NCBI GenBank assembly: GCA_050287845.1
Contig: JBNKCR010000017.1
Span: 18,186-82,185 of the forward strand
DNA: 64,000 nucleotides
Origin: Polyangia bacterium
Lineage (GTDB): Bacteria; Myxococcota_A; Polyangia; JAAYKL01
Direction: 5' to 3'
Part shown: positions 1 through 9,163 of the stretch, piece by piece
Layout of the letters: each line of letters starts with the position of its first letter
Numbering within the stretch: position 1 is the stretch's first letter
Translations under genes and position numbers: made by a program
Notes under the pieces: generated by a model
Database searches by the model: none
The model's input: the letters and a program-made list of their open reading frames with translations, nothing else
Told to the model about the DNA's origin: nothing

Positions 1-2598
1 AATACGTCTGCACCGGTCATACGACAGGGGTCATCCGGTATCCTGTTTGTGGCCAACCATCCGGCCCTCATCGATCCCATTATTGTGATGTCGCGACTGT
101 ATTCCGACTTTCAACCACGCCCTCTGGCAGATGAGTCCCAGATGAAGCGTCCCGGTCTCCGACACCTGTTCCGTCTGGTGCACCCGGTACTCATTCCCGA
201 TGTGAAAACCGACGGCAGAGACGCCCGGTTTCGGGCCAGAGCCGCCATCGACAACGTAATTGAGGCCCTCGGAGCAGGGGACAACATTCTGCTGTATCCC
301 GCCGGACGCATCTATCGGGCAAAACGCGAATACCTGGGTGCCAACTCCGCCGTGGAAACCATCCTGAATCGGGCGCCCGATGCCACAGTGGTGATGATTC
401 GAACCACCGGTCTCTTTGGCAGCGCCTTTTCCCGCGCATCCGGTAAGCCACCAAAGCTTCGGCATATTTTCCCCAAAGCCATTGTCTCCCTTCTCGGCGC
501 CGGGATATTCTTTCTCCCCAGACGAACCGTGACTATCGACATTACGCCATCGCCGGATTTTCCACGCCACGCCGGCCGTCTCGAAATGAATCGATATATG
601 GAAAACTTTTTCAATGCCGGTACGCCGGCCACGGTTCACGTGCCCTATACGCTAGCTGGAAAAACCAGAACCAACACTGCCCCATGGGCCAAACCTTCCC
701 CAAAAGGCGGTACGAAGTCGAAGCGTGACTGTGGGGAACTCCTGACCCACAGGCAGAAGTCCCTGATTTCCCGTTTCATTAAAGAAAAACTGAAACTTGA
801 CCAGATTAGTCAATCGCAATCTCTCTCCATGGATTTGGGGATGGACTCTATCCTTAAAATGGAGCTGGCGCTCTGGATTGAGCAACAGTTTCGTGTGCCG
901 CCCATCCCCGTGGAATCCCTGGAAACGGTACAGGACTGCTACCTGGCCGCATCCGGCGGTTTCACCGGATCACCGTCCCCGGATATTTTTCCGGACGCGG
1001 CGTGGTGGCGTCCATCTTCCACAACACCATCCCGGAATGCCGAGCTTCGGGCGATGAAAGGCGATACGATTGCCAGGCTGTTTCTCCAACAGGCGAAAAC
1101 GACCCCCAACCGGCCCATCATTGCCGATCCCCTGCGGGGCACGCTGACCTATCGGCAACTGCTCACTGCCATTTTCGCCCTCAAACCCCACATCGCGTCC
1201 ATCAATGGCGACCGGGTGGGCATCATGTTGCCCTCGTCCACCAGTGCAGTGATTGCCTATCTGGCCACCATGTTTGCCGGAAAAACACCGGTGATGTTCA
1301 ACTTCACCGCCGGTATCAGGGCCGTTACCCACGGAATCGCCACCACCGGAACCCGGGCCATTCTCACTTCGTCCCTGTTTCTGAACAAACTGAATGCACA
1401 GGGCCTCGACTACCGGGATACCGGGGCAACACTGATGGCGCTCGAAGATATTTCAACGCGCATTTCGCTGATTCACAAAATCCGGGCAATAATATGCGCG
1501 CGACTCGGAATCCGATACCTTGAAAATTCACCCATCAGTACCACAGCTGCCATTCTGTTTACCAGCAGTTCAGAAGCACTTCCAAAGGCTGTACCGCTCA
1601 CCCACAGAAATATCATCGCCAACTTCCGGGATTTTTCATCCGCTCTTCACCTGAAAACATCAGATCGACTGTTGGGCATTCTTCCACCGTTTCACTCTTT
1701 CGGACTGACCGGCACCATCGTGATGCCCCTGTGCATGGGACTTAAAACCGTTTATTTTCCGAATCCCACCGACAGCGGATCCCTGGCCGGACTCATTGAA
1801 ACCGCGAAAATCACCTGTCTTCTGTCCACGCCCACTTTTTTAAGAAGCATTCTGCAGCATCCGGCAAAAATGACCAGCATCCGGCTCACCTTCGTGGGGG
1901 CGGAAAAATGCCCGGCTGCGGTGTATCACCTCTTTGCCGAAAAGTGCCCGGCCGGCGTACTGTGCGAAGGATACGGCATCACCGAATGTTCGCCGGTGAT
2001 CAGCATGAACCGGGTTACCCAGCCCATCCCGGGGACCATCGGCCAGGTGCTTTCAGGTATCCGGTATGCCATCGTCAACGATTCTTTGCAGGCGCGGGTG
2101 GCGCCAGGCAGCACTGGAACTCTGCTGGTGGCCGGGGACAATGTTTTTGCGGGATATCTTGAAACAGACCATCCCGAAACAGACTTCCTGTCGCCGTTTG
2201 TGCTGTTCGAACACCGGACATGGTTCAACACCGGGGACATGGTGCGCGGGCTGCCTGATGGCACCCTGGTTTTTGAAGGACGGAAAAAGCGGTTCATCAA
2301 GGTAGCCGGTGAGATGATTTCTCTGCCTGCCATCGAAGCTGTCCTCCGGGATGCGACCCCATACGCCAGCGGCCTGCAGGAATGCGCGGTCGTTGCCCGG
2401 ACTGCCAATTCCATGGAACTTATCCTGTTCTCCACTGCTCCGGTGACTGTCCTGGCCATCAACGACATCGTGCGAAATTCGGGTCTGTCTCCCTTGCATC
2501 GCGTTTCTAAAGTCATACATCTCACGGAGCTACCCAGGCTGGGTTCCGGTAAAATCGATTACCGCGCCCTTCAGGCATCAGACCAGGTGGCTGCCTGA
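1..2598 (+). CDS. Aas-like tri-domain protein, 5'-partial: lysophospholipid acyltransferase (PlsC-type) + acyl carrier domain + acyl-ACP/AMP-dependent ligase
   Basis: The reading frame is open from base 1, so the N-terminus is truncated. 'ANHPALIDP' matches the NHxxxxD acyltransferase motif I. 'DLGMDSILKME' is an ACP phosphopantetheine-attachment-type motif. The AMP-binding signatures are 'TSSSEALPKAVPLTHRNI' and 'GYGITECSPV'. It ends with the stop at 2596-2598. Confidence 0.7.
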   Translation, partial: NTSAPVIRQGSSGILFVANHPALIDPIIVMSRLYSDFQPRPLADESQMKRPGLRHLFRLVHPVLIPDVKTDGRDARFRARAAIDNVIEALGAGDNILLYPAGRIYRAKREYLGANSAVETILNRAPDATVVMIRTTGLFGSAFSRASGKPPKLRHIFPKAIVSLLGAGIFFLPRRTVTIDITPSPDFPRHAGRLEMNRYMENFFNAGTPATVHVPYTLAGKTRTNTAPWAKPSPKGGTKSKRDCGELLTHRQKSLISRFIKEKLKLDQISQSQSLSMDLGMDSILKMELALWIEQQFRVPPIPVESLETVQDCYLAASGGFTGSPSPDIFPDAAWWRPSSTTPSRNAELRAMKGDTIARLFLQQAKTTPNRPIIADPLRGTLTYRQLLTAIFALKPHIASINGDRVGIMLPSSTSAVIAYLATMFAGKTPVMFNFTAGIRAVTHGIATTGTRAILTSSLFLNKLNAQGLDYRDTGATLMALEDISTRISLIHKIRAIICARLGIRYLENSPISTTAAILFTSSSEALPKAVPLTHRNIIANFRDFSSALHLKTSDRLLGILPPFHSFGLTGTIVMPLCMGLKTVYFPNPTDSGSLAGLIETAKITCLLSTPTFLRSILQHPAKMTSIRLTFVGAEKCPAAVYHLFAEKCPAGVLCEGYGITECSPVISMNRVTQPIPGTIGQVLSGIRYAIVNDSLQARVAPGSTGTLLVAGDNVFAGYLETDHPETDFLSPFVLFEHRTWFNTGDMVRGLPDGTLVFEGRKKRFIKVAGEMISLPAIEAVLRDATPYASGLQECAVVARTANSMELILFSTAPVTVLAINDIVRNSGLSPLHRVSKVIHLTELPRLGSGKIDYRALQASDQVAA

Positions 2599-2741
2599 TG
2601 GCTTCGACCATCGTGTTCCACTCGACGAAATTGTCGGGAAAAATATTGGTCCTGTATATTTATATGGATGGCATAATCCATTAACCAGCCGAATCTACAA
2701 TCTATTTTCAGAAAAATGGTGAAACTGCCCGGCTCGTTGCC

Positions 2742-2759
2742 GATGGTATCCTCCTTGCT
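2742..2759 (+). promoter_or_regulatory. candidate sigma54 (-24/-12) promoter, TGGTAT-N7-TTGCT with GG/GC spacing of 12
   Basis: GG is at 2745-2746 and GC at 2757-2758, the correct 12-nt register. The motif lies about 45 nt upstream of the ATG at 2803, which has a GAGGAGG RBS at 2791-2797. Confidence 0.35.
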
Positions 2760-2802
2760 TGATTTCAATGTCCAACAGGTGGCACCACCAGAGGAGGCAT
2801 CG

Positions 2803-3867
2803 ATGCAAAAACATATTTCGGCAATGGCGATATGCCTGGGCATTCTCATCGGGACAGTATATCTGACGTCCTGCGACAGCAACTCCACAAAGGAGGAGGG
2901 AGAGGACACCGGGTCTACAGGTGGCGACGATACTCCCCAGAACAGCAGCGACGATGGCAACGCAGATTCAACCGCACCGGATTCCACGGTCACGGAAGAC
3001 AACACCCCCGGCGATGACGGTGACGGATGGGTGGGAGATACCAGTGGGACCGTGGTGGTGGGAGACAACGGCGAACTCATTACCGACGAAGACGGTCATG
3101 AGTTTCTGTGTATCGAAACCCGCTGCGACGGCAGAATTCTGGAATGCGGGGACTGCCGCGACAACGATGGTGATGGCAGGACGGATTGGCGGGATCCGGA
3201 ATGCCTGGGCCCCTGCGACAACACCGAGGGACCGGCATTGATTTCAGATGTGGGTGGCGTCACCGGTTCCACCTGCCATGTGGATTGCTATTTCGATTTC
3301 GGCAACGGCATGGGCAGCGGCAGTGATGATTGCTGGTGGAGTCACGAATGCGATCCCCTGGAACCGGAGTCACCCGTGTGTGAATACCGGGAATCCCTGG
3401 TGGGAAATCCACAGTTCTGCCCCAATGAACAATCCGATCGGTGCACCGATATCTGTCTGCCCTATACCCCGAACGGGTGTGACTGTTTCGGCTGCTGCAC
3501 CTTTCCTGAACTTGCCGGCGCCGGCGAAGACGGCGAAGACGGCTACGTCTGGATTGGCGCCAAAGACCCGAGCAACAAAGGCATGTGTACTTTCGAAGAC
3601 ATTCTGGACGAATCCAGATGTCCCAGGTGCACGCCGGTACCCAACTGTCTCAACGCCTGTGGGCACTGTGAAATCTGTATTGGCAAACCCGAGCTGCCCG
3701 ATGACTGTTATACGGAGGATACAGACGACACCGACACCGAAAAGGATCCGCCGGATGAGCAGTGCCCACCGGGAATCGAGACTTGCAGTTTCGATGACCT
3801 GGTGCCCTGCGAAGAGGGATATTATTGCATCAGCGGATGCTGCCAACCCCTGGTAAACGTGGAATAG
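2803..3867 (+). CDS. Cys-rich, Asp/Gly-rich secreted lipoprotein with thrombospondin-type-3-like Ca-binding repeats
   Basis: A strong RBS precedes the ATG at 2803. There is a signal peptide with lipobox 'LTSC'. The protein has more than 40 Cys and motifs like 'CGDCRDNDGDGRTDWRDPEC'. The annotated ORF start at 2716 is probably too early. Confidence 0.6.
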   Translation: MQKHISAMAICLGILIGTVYLTSCDSNSTKEEGEDTGSTGGDDTPQNSSDDGNADSTAPDSTVTEDNTPGDDGDGWVGDTSGTVVVGDNGELITDEDGHEFLCIETRCDGRILECGDCRDNDGDGRTDWRDPECLGPCDNTEGPALISDVGGVTGSTCHVDCYFDFGNGMGSGSDDCWWSHECDPLEPESPVCEYRESLVGNPQFCPNEQSDRCTDICLPYTPNGCDCFGCCTFPELAGAGEDGEDGYVWIGAKDPSNKGMCTFEDILDESRCPRCTPVPNCLNACGHCEICIGKPELPDDCYTEDTDDTDTEKDPPDEQCPPGIETCSFDDLVPCEEGYYCISGCCQPLVNVE

Positions 3868-4101
3868 ACCGAATCAACGTTCCATTGAAAATTGCTCGAG
3901 TCCAGACGCTGTGAATTGTGAACTGATCGGCAGCCGCCAATGCTTCATGATGCGCTTCAATATAACTGATTCGCAAATTGAAGTGATTATCAATTCAAAG
4001 ATCCCTTGCAATAATGGGAATATATCATTTCAATATGAATATATTTTTATATAAATAATGAAATATAGTCCATTTTTCCTCTGTTTTCGTTGTTTCCAAC
4101 A

Positions 4102-4117
4102 TGGCACGTCATCTGCT
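4102..4117 (+). promoter_or_regulatory. candidate sigma54 (-24/-12) promoter, TGGCACG-N4-CTGCT
   Basis: -24 TGGCACG is perfect (GG at 4103-4104). GC is at 4115-4116, a 12-nt register. It lies immediately upstream of the receiver/DUF4388 ORF. Confidence 0.45.
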
Positions 4118-4125
4118 AATATATC

Positions 4126-5106
4126 TTGTGGCGGCGGATGTTGCGGTATTATCCATCTGAAATGTTCATGCGAAAGGGACCACTACCATTGAAAACGTCG
4201 ATCTTACCAGAACTTGTCCCCGAAAACGTTTTCCAAAAAGACGTTTTATTGTTTGAACCCATTTCCACCAACTCATGGCAAATCGGCAAAACGCTGCTGA
4301 ATCATCAGATCCGAACCCACCTGTGCGCAGAAGTGATGGATGTCTATCAGCAACTTGCGCTGATTCCAGTGGCCGCCCTCATTCTCGATGTGGACACATG
4401 CGCTGATCGCCTGGAGCTCATCATTCGTTTTGCCCGGATGAAAAATTCGAAAATATCCATTTTTCTGCTGGCATCCACTGAATCCACGTACCTGCACCGA
4501 GTGTCCATGGAGACAGGCATCCCATTGTATCTGAAAAAAAACCTGTCCGCCACGATGCTTTGCAAAGCCGTCGTCGAAAGAATCAACACCACAGGGGAAT
4601 CACCGAATCAATCCAATGTCCGCGATACCGGGTTGCTTTCGCTGACTCAGAATGTTCGGGAAGCCACCGCCATCGACTTTGGCGGAGAGGTGGTTATCCG
4701 TTCCCGCGACGGCATTGCCCGGATATATTTTGTGAATAACCGTATTGCGTGGATTTATATTCACGATTCCACCGACACCCTCATCAATGACCTGGCCACT
4801 CTGGAGGGCATCGAAAGGGATGAACTGAAAGCCGTGTTTCTGGAATGCCGCCACTCAGGGACCAACTTCGCCGATACGCTGGTGGAATGGCAAATTGTCA
4901 ATAGAGAACAGATGTATCAAATTCTCCTTTCAAGATTCGCCAGCTGTCTGAACCAGATTTCTTCATGGCAGAATCTGAGCAGCATCTTTATCCCCCAACA
5001 GCGCCAATACCAAAGCACGTTCCTGTTTTCGCTCAGCGAACTCCTGGCCCGGGCGCAATCGTCCGAACTGACCCGGCAGCTTTCCCGTATTCACCATCCC
5101 GCATGA
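4126..5106 (+). CDS. receiver-like domain + DUF4388-like domain protein (signal transduction); start codon uncertain (4126, 4138, 4162 or 4168)
   Basis: The N-terminal half is a CheY-like fold candidate ('ALILDVD', 'IFLLAS', 'YLKK'). The C-terminal half has 'GGEVVIRSRDGIARIYFVNNRIAWIY', typical of DUF4388. Confidence 0.5.
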   Translation: MWRRMLRYYPSEMFMRKGPLPLKTSILPELVPENVFQKDVLLFEPISTNSWQIGKTLLNHQIRTHLCAEVMDVYQQLALIPVAALILDVDTCADRLELIIRFARMKNSKISIFLLASTESTYLHRVSMETGIPLYLKKNLSATMLCKAVVERINTTGESPNQSNVRDTGLLSLTQNVREATAIDFGGEVVIRSRDGIARIYFVNNRIAWIYIHDSTDTLINDLATLEGIERDELKAVFLECRHSGTNFADTLVEWQIVNREQMYQILLSRFASCLNQISSWQNLSSIFIPQQRQYQSTFLFSLSELLARAQSSELTRQLSRIHHPA

Positions 5107-5181
5107 CGCGCGGTGCATTACCTTGCACAGCAATGACCGAGTCGAAAATGCCAGGACATACACAACGGATTTTACTGCAGC

Positions 5182-6192
5182 ATGTCAATGATGCCTGATA
5201 TGCCCAACCATTCTCCTTCACCACGACGTACCCTCTACCTGGCGCCCATCCGCGGGGTCACCGACGCAGTATTTCGCGACGCGTTTAATATGTGCTTTTC
5301 AGGGCTGGATGGGTCCGTGGCGCCATTTATGAAAACCACCGGCGCAATTCTTAAACCGCAGCGACTTCACGATTTGTCGTTTGCGCCCCACCGCACGCTG
5401 CCGGTCGTTCCCCAATTGCTGTCCAACAACGCCGCTGGTTTCATTGATGGCGCTGACCAGCTCCAGCAACTGGGCTTTACCGAAATCAACTGGAACCTCG
5501 GTTGTCCCATGCCCACTTCAACCAAAAAAAATCTGGGCGCCGGACTACTCTGTTGTCCGGATAGAATTGATTCATTTCTTGAAACGGTGTTTTCAAAGGT
5601 CACCATTGCCATATCTATTAAGACCCGCATCGGCCTGATTCAGGAAACGGAAATCAGCACTCTTTTCCCGGTTTTTAATCGATATCCGATTTCAAATATC
5701 ATCGTGCATCCACGCACCGCCCGACAATTATATTCCGGTCCGGTGAATCTGAACGTGTTTGAATATTGCACAGCCGAGCTTTTTGCTCCCATCACCTACA
5801 ACGGAGATATTACCGCGGTAGCTGATTTTGACCGATTATCCCGGCGCTTTCCATCCGTTCATCAATGGATGATTGGGCGAGGGGCCATCGCCGATCCCCT
5901 GTTGCCTGCGAAAATAAAAAACGGATGGCATGATACCGTTATTTCGTGCAGTCAGTTGCGTTCGTTTCACCAGCGATTATATGATGGCTACATGGCGCGA
6001 TTGAGCGGCTTCTCCCATGTGCTCTTCCGGATGTCCGCCATCTGGGAATCCCTGGACGCGGGGTTGCCCATCCCCCCGGGTGTGGTTCGCAAACTCGTTA
6101 AATCAAAAACACCGGAGGAGTACCGGTTGCACTTTGAGCATCTCATGGAGGAACTGGCAAAATACCATGCCAATGAAAAATCTGCCATCTGA
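5182..6192 (+). CDS. tRNA-dihydrouridine synthase (Dus family)
   Basis: Dus signature 'LAPIRGVTDAVFR' and the FMN/TIM-barrel motif 'INWNLGCP'. Confidence 0.8.
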   Translation: MSMMPDMPNHSPSPRRTLYLAPIRGVTDAVFRDAFNMCFSGLDGSVAPFMKTTGAILKPQRLHDLSFAPHRTLPVVPQLLSNNAAGFIDGADQLQQLGFTEINWNLGCPMPTSTKKNLGAGLLCCPDRIDSFLETVFSKVTIAISIKTRIGLIQETEISTLFPVFNRYPISNIIVHPRTARQLYSGPVNLNVFEYCTAELFAPITYNGDITAVADFDRLSRRFPSVHQWMIGRGAIADPLLPAKIKNGWHDTVISCSQLRSFHQRLYDGYMARLSGFSHVLFRMSAIWESLDAGLPIPPGVVRKLVKSKTPEEYRLHFEHLMEELAKYHANEKSAI

Positions 6193-6291
6193 CCGAGCCG
6201 GTTCCGGATTATCCCCGAAATCGGTTGAGATTGCGTAACGACCTATACTAATACATTAATAGATGCCGTTTTGTTTTCCCATGAGTAGCTC

Positions 6292-6993
6292 ATGAAACGA
6301 CTCCGAAAAGTCGCTCTGCTCTTTATTGCCACGATTTTTCTGATGGTGGGCGGCGCTGCAGCGTTTCTTTTTGCCATTCAGCGGGACGATCCCCGGGTCA
6401 CCGCCGATATCGATGCCCACTTCGCGTCGCTGGAAACGCCTCCCATCCTGGACCTTCCCACCGATGTCCCCCTCCGGAATGCCGTCGATTCGGATAATTC
6501 ACCATTGTTTATCCGGGATGGGGTACAGAACGTCAATGGCATTGGCTCGGGGCAGAAAAATGACAGGGCGCGAAAACAACGGTTTCGAAAACACCATATG
6601 CACAAAGGAAAAGATCGGCGCGAAACCGGAGAAACTGACATCCTGGAAATCGCCCCCGGCACCTGGCTCATTTCTCGGAAGATATATACCCATGCCCGCG
6701 GCAACATGTTGAAGTATGTGGGCAAAGCCAGAGCGGAACTGGTTGAAGTTGAGAATGAACCGATGGGATTCCGCCTGAAAAACATTAAAAAGAATTCGGC
6801 ACTCCACCGAATCGGACTCCGCAATAACGACGTCCTCATCGCCATCAATGGTTTTCCCCTCAACTCCGTGGAGAATGTGACGGCCGCCATTGTCAGCTTT
6901 CAGAAGGCCAACCAATTCCGGCTGGATTTATTGCGAAAAGAATCCCGGCGGTCCTTTTACTATAAAATTACAGATGAATCTAGAGGCGATTAA
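6292..6993 (+). CDS. membrane-anchored PDZ-domain protein (GspC-like)
   Basis: N-terminal TM helix and a C-terminal PDZ-like segment 'GFRLKNIKKNSALHRIGLRNNDVLIAINGFPL'. Confidence 0.45.
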   Translation: MKRLRKVALLFIATIFLMVGGAAAFLFAIQRDDPRVTADIDAHFASLETPPILDLPTDVPLRNAVDSDNSPLFIRDGVQNVNGIGSGQKNDRARKQRFRKHHMHKGKDRRETGETDILEIAPGTWLISRKIYTHARGNMLKYVGKARAELVEVENEPMGFRLKNIKKNSALHRIGLRNNDVLIAINGFPLNSVENVTAAIVSFQKANQFRLDLLRKESRRSFYYKITDESRGD

Positions 6994-7098
6994 AACCGAA
7001 TTTCCGCTCATCTGCTAAATCGTACAACAAACCGTATTATGCATACGTGTGCACAAGAATCAAAAGCGGCGTTGAGACGCGATCCAGCAATCTCCCCA

Positions 7099-8043
7099 TC
7101 ATTTAACGGCACCGGGATCCCTCCCGAAAATCGGCTGAAGAGTCTGTGGTGTACCACATTCACTTTCAAATACGTATTGTTTCTGAATATAGAGAATATT
7201 CCCCAGTAACTGGCCACTATCCCTGGTGGGGTCGAACAACCAGCCTTCCAGTTCATAGGTCCATCCATCGTCACCGGTCACCGTACTGAGTGCAAAGGGG
7301 TGGCTGTCCAGCAGAAAAACATACTGACCATTGGCTCCCAGCGGTCGCATGGCCTCCTGACGAATCCGTTGCCACAGCAATTGTCCTGTGGTGGCTGCAA
7401 AGCGCTTCACCACATAACTCACGTTCTGGTCATCCCCCATCTTTCCGAATGCCAGCAATACATTTCCACTGACAAAAATATCTGTGGCCCCCGCCGCAGA
7501 GCGCCAGAATTCTGAATTGTCGAGAGGATTGATGGCGAGCATATCCCCAGTAAGAGTCTCAACCCCCACGCAGACACCGGAGACATTCTGAAACGATGCA
7601 ACGCCTGCAATAATCACATCATTACATGAAGTATCCACCTCATCGCCGGATATGGATACCACCGGATGAATCACATCCACTTTGTCGCCGTTGTTCACCC
7701 GAAACGCCGCCAACATGGGTTGGGGAAAACAGGGATCGGTGGCCTCCACCACCACACTGCCTGCATTGTCCTGCAGTCCGAGAATATTCACCTTTTCTCC
7801 CGGAACCCCCAACGCCTCGTATTCCCAACGGGATTCACCGGTAGCCGGATTCAATGCAAACAGCGCGCTGGAACCCCATTCGGGATCCACCTCTCTATAA
7901 CATTTACCGTCAGTGCATTCGTCACTGGGACAGGCGGGCAGAAATACACATGCCACCCACAGCAGCACAGGCAATCCCTTTGCTATGGCGCACCCACCGG
8001 GAAACGGGATGTGCCGATATCGTGATGTGTTTTTTTCCACCAT
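7099..8043 (-). CDS. PQQ/BamB-like beta-propeller lipoprotein
   Basis: Signal peptide with lipobox 'LPAC'. Repeated 'A.N..TGE..W.Y' PQQ-like blades. The likely start is 8043 (MVEKN), just downstream of recF. Confidence 0.5.
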   Translation of the reverse strand: MVEKNTSRYRHIPFPGGCAIAKGLPVLLWVACVFLPACPSDECTDGKCYREVDPEWGSSALFALNPATGESRWEYEALGVPGEKVNILGLQDNAGSVVVEATDPCFPQPMLAAFRVNNGDKVDVIHPVVSISGDEVDTSCNDVIIAGVASFQNVSGVCVGVETLTGDMLAINPLDNSEFWRSAAGATDIFVSGNVLLAFGKMGDDQNVSYVVKRFAATTGQLLWQRIRQEAMRPLGANGQYVFLLDSHPFALSTVTGDDGWTYELEGWLFDPTRDSGQLLGNILYIQKQYVFESECGTPQTLQPIFGRDPGAVK

Positions 8044-8057
8044 GTCAGACCTGCCTT

Positions 8058-9146
8058 TCACGCGGTGGTGAATTCGAAACCACCATCGGTCACCGTGAAA
8101 TCCCTTCGGTGACCATTAATATGAATGTAATCCCGGTGGGTGGTCGTAATGAATACCTGCCCCCCCATTCCCTGTAAAAATTCAAACAGATGCCGATTCC
8201 GTTTCTGGTCCAGTTCACTGGAGACATCGTCAAAAAGCAACAGGGGAATTTTTCCGGTACTCTCTGTGAGCGCCCTGGTTTCCGCAATCTTAGCCGCCAG
8301 CACCAGGGTTCGCTGCTGCCCCTGTGACCCGAACTTCTTCGCTTCTTTGCCGTTCAGGGAAAAAAACACATCGTCACTCTGGGGTCCACCGGTGGTGTAT
8401 TTCCGCGCACAATCCCGGGAAAATCGTGCATCAAGGGCTTTTAAAAAGGCTTCTTCATCGCCTTCGATTTTGGGCTGGTACTGCAAATCCGCCACGCCCC
8501 CATTGCTGATTTCTTTTACGGCGTCCGAAAAGAAAGGTCGCATGGAATCAATGAATGCCGCACGCAACCGGACAATTCGAGAACCGATTTGGGCGAGCTG
8601 CAAATCAAACGGCACCAGAGACCGTCGGTCCGGGGGGCCATCTTTGAGAATGCGATTCCGGTTGGCAATCACCCGGGCGTAGGTTTTGAACAGCGATGGA
8701 TATGTCGCATCCGCCTGAAACATGGCCCTATCGATAAATCGCCTTCTGGCATCGGGACTTCCCTGAACCAGTTCCATCACCTGGGGATGAAACAGCACCA
8801 TGGGCAACATCTGAAAATGACGACCGGATGCACTGATACGCTTTCCGTCCACTGAAACCGTGCGACTCGTTTCTGAAATATCGACTTCACAGGAAAGCCC
8901 GGCATGCAGCGATCCGAACCTCCCCCGGACTCTGGATTTCAATTCATCGTGATGAATCAGCTCGCTTCTTTTTGCCGTGCGGAATGAACGCAGCGCCCCC
9001 AGCAGATACACCGCTTCAACAAGATTGGTCTTCCCCATACCGTTGTGGCCGGAAATCACGTTAAACCGCTCACCCGGCTGAATTACTGCCTTCTTAATAT
9101 TCCGGAAGTGGATGACTGACAATTCATCCAGCTGAACGCGATCCAT
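8058..9146 (-). CDS. recF: DNA replication and repair protein RecF
   Basis: 'FRNIKKAVIQPGERFNVISGHNGMGKTNLVEA' is the RecF N-terminal Walker A. The protein is 362 aa and sits immediately downstream of dnaN. Confidence 0.9.
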   Translation of the reverse strand: MDRVQLDELSVIHFRNIKKAVIQPGERFNVISGHNGMGKTNLVEAVYLLGALRSFRTAKRSELIHHDELKSRVRGRFGSLHAGLSCEVDISETSRTVSVDGKRISASGRHFQMLPMVLFHPQVMELVQGSPDARRRFIDRAMFQADATYPSLFKTYARVIANRNRILKDGPPDRRSLVPFDLQLAQIGSRIVRLRAAFIDSMRPFFSDAVKEISNGGVADLQYQPKIEGDEEAFLKALDARFSRDCARKYTTGGPQSDDVFFSLNGKEAKKFGSQGQQRTLVLAAKIAETRALTESTGKIPLLLFDDVSSELDQKRNRHLFEFLQGMGGQVFITTTHRDYIHINGHRRDFTVTDGGFEFTTA

Positions 9147-9163
9147 CAGGGTACTCGTTTACA

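Noticed and set aside
31-639. 202-aa minus-strand ORF plus other antisense ORFs overlapping the Aas-like gene
   Set aside because: They lie entirely inside a well-supported coding region on the opposite strand. They are compositionally Arg/Gly-rich as expected for antisense frames of GC-rich genes, and no motif was recognised.
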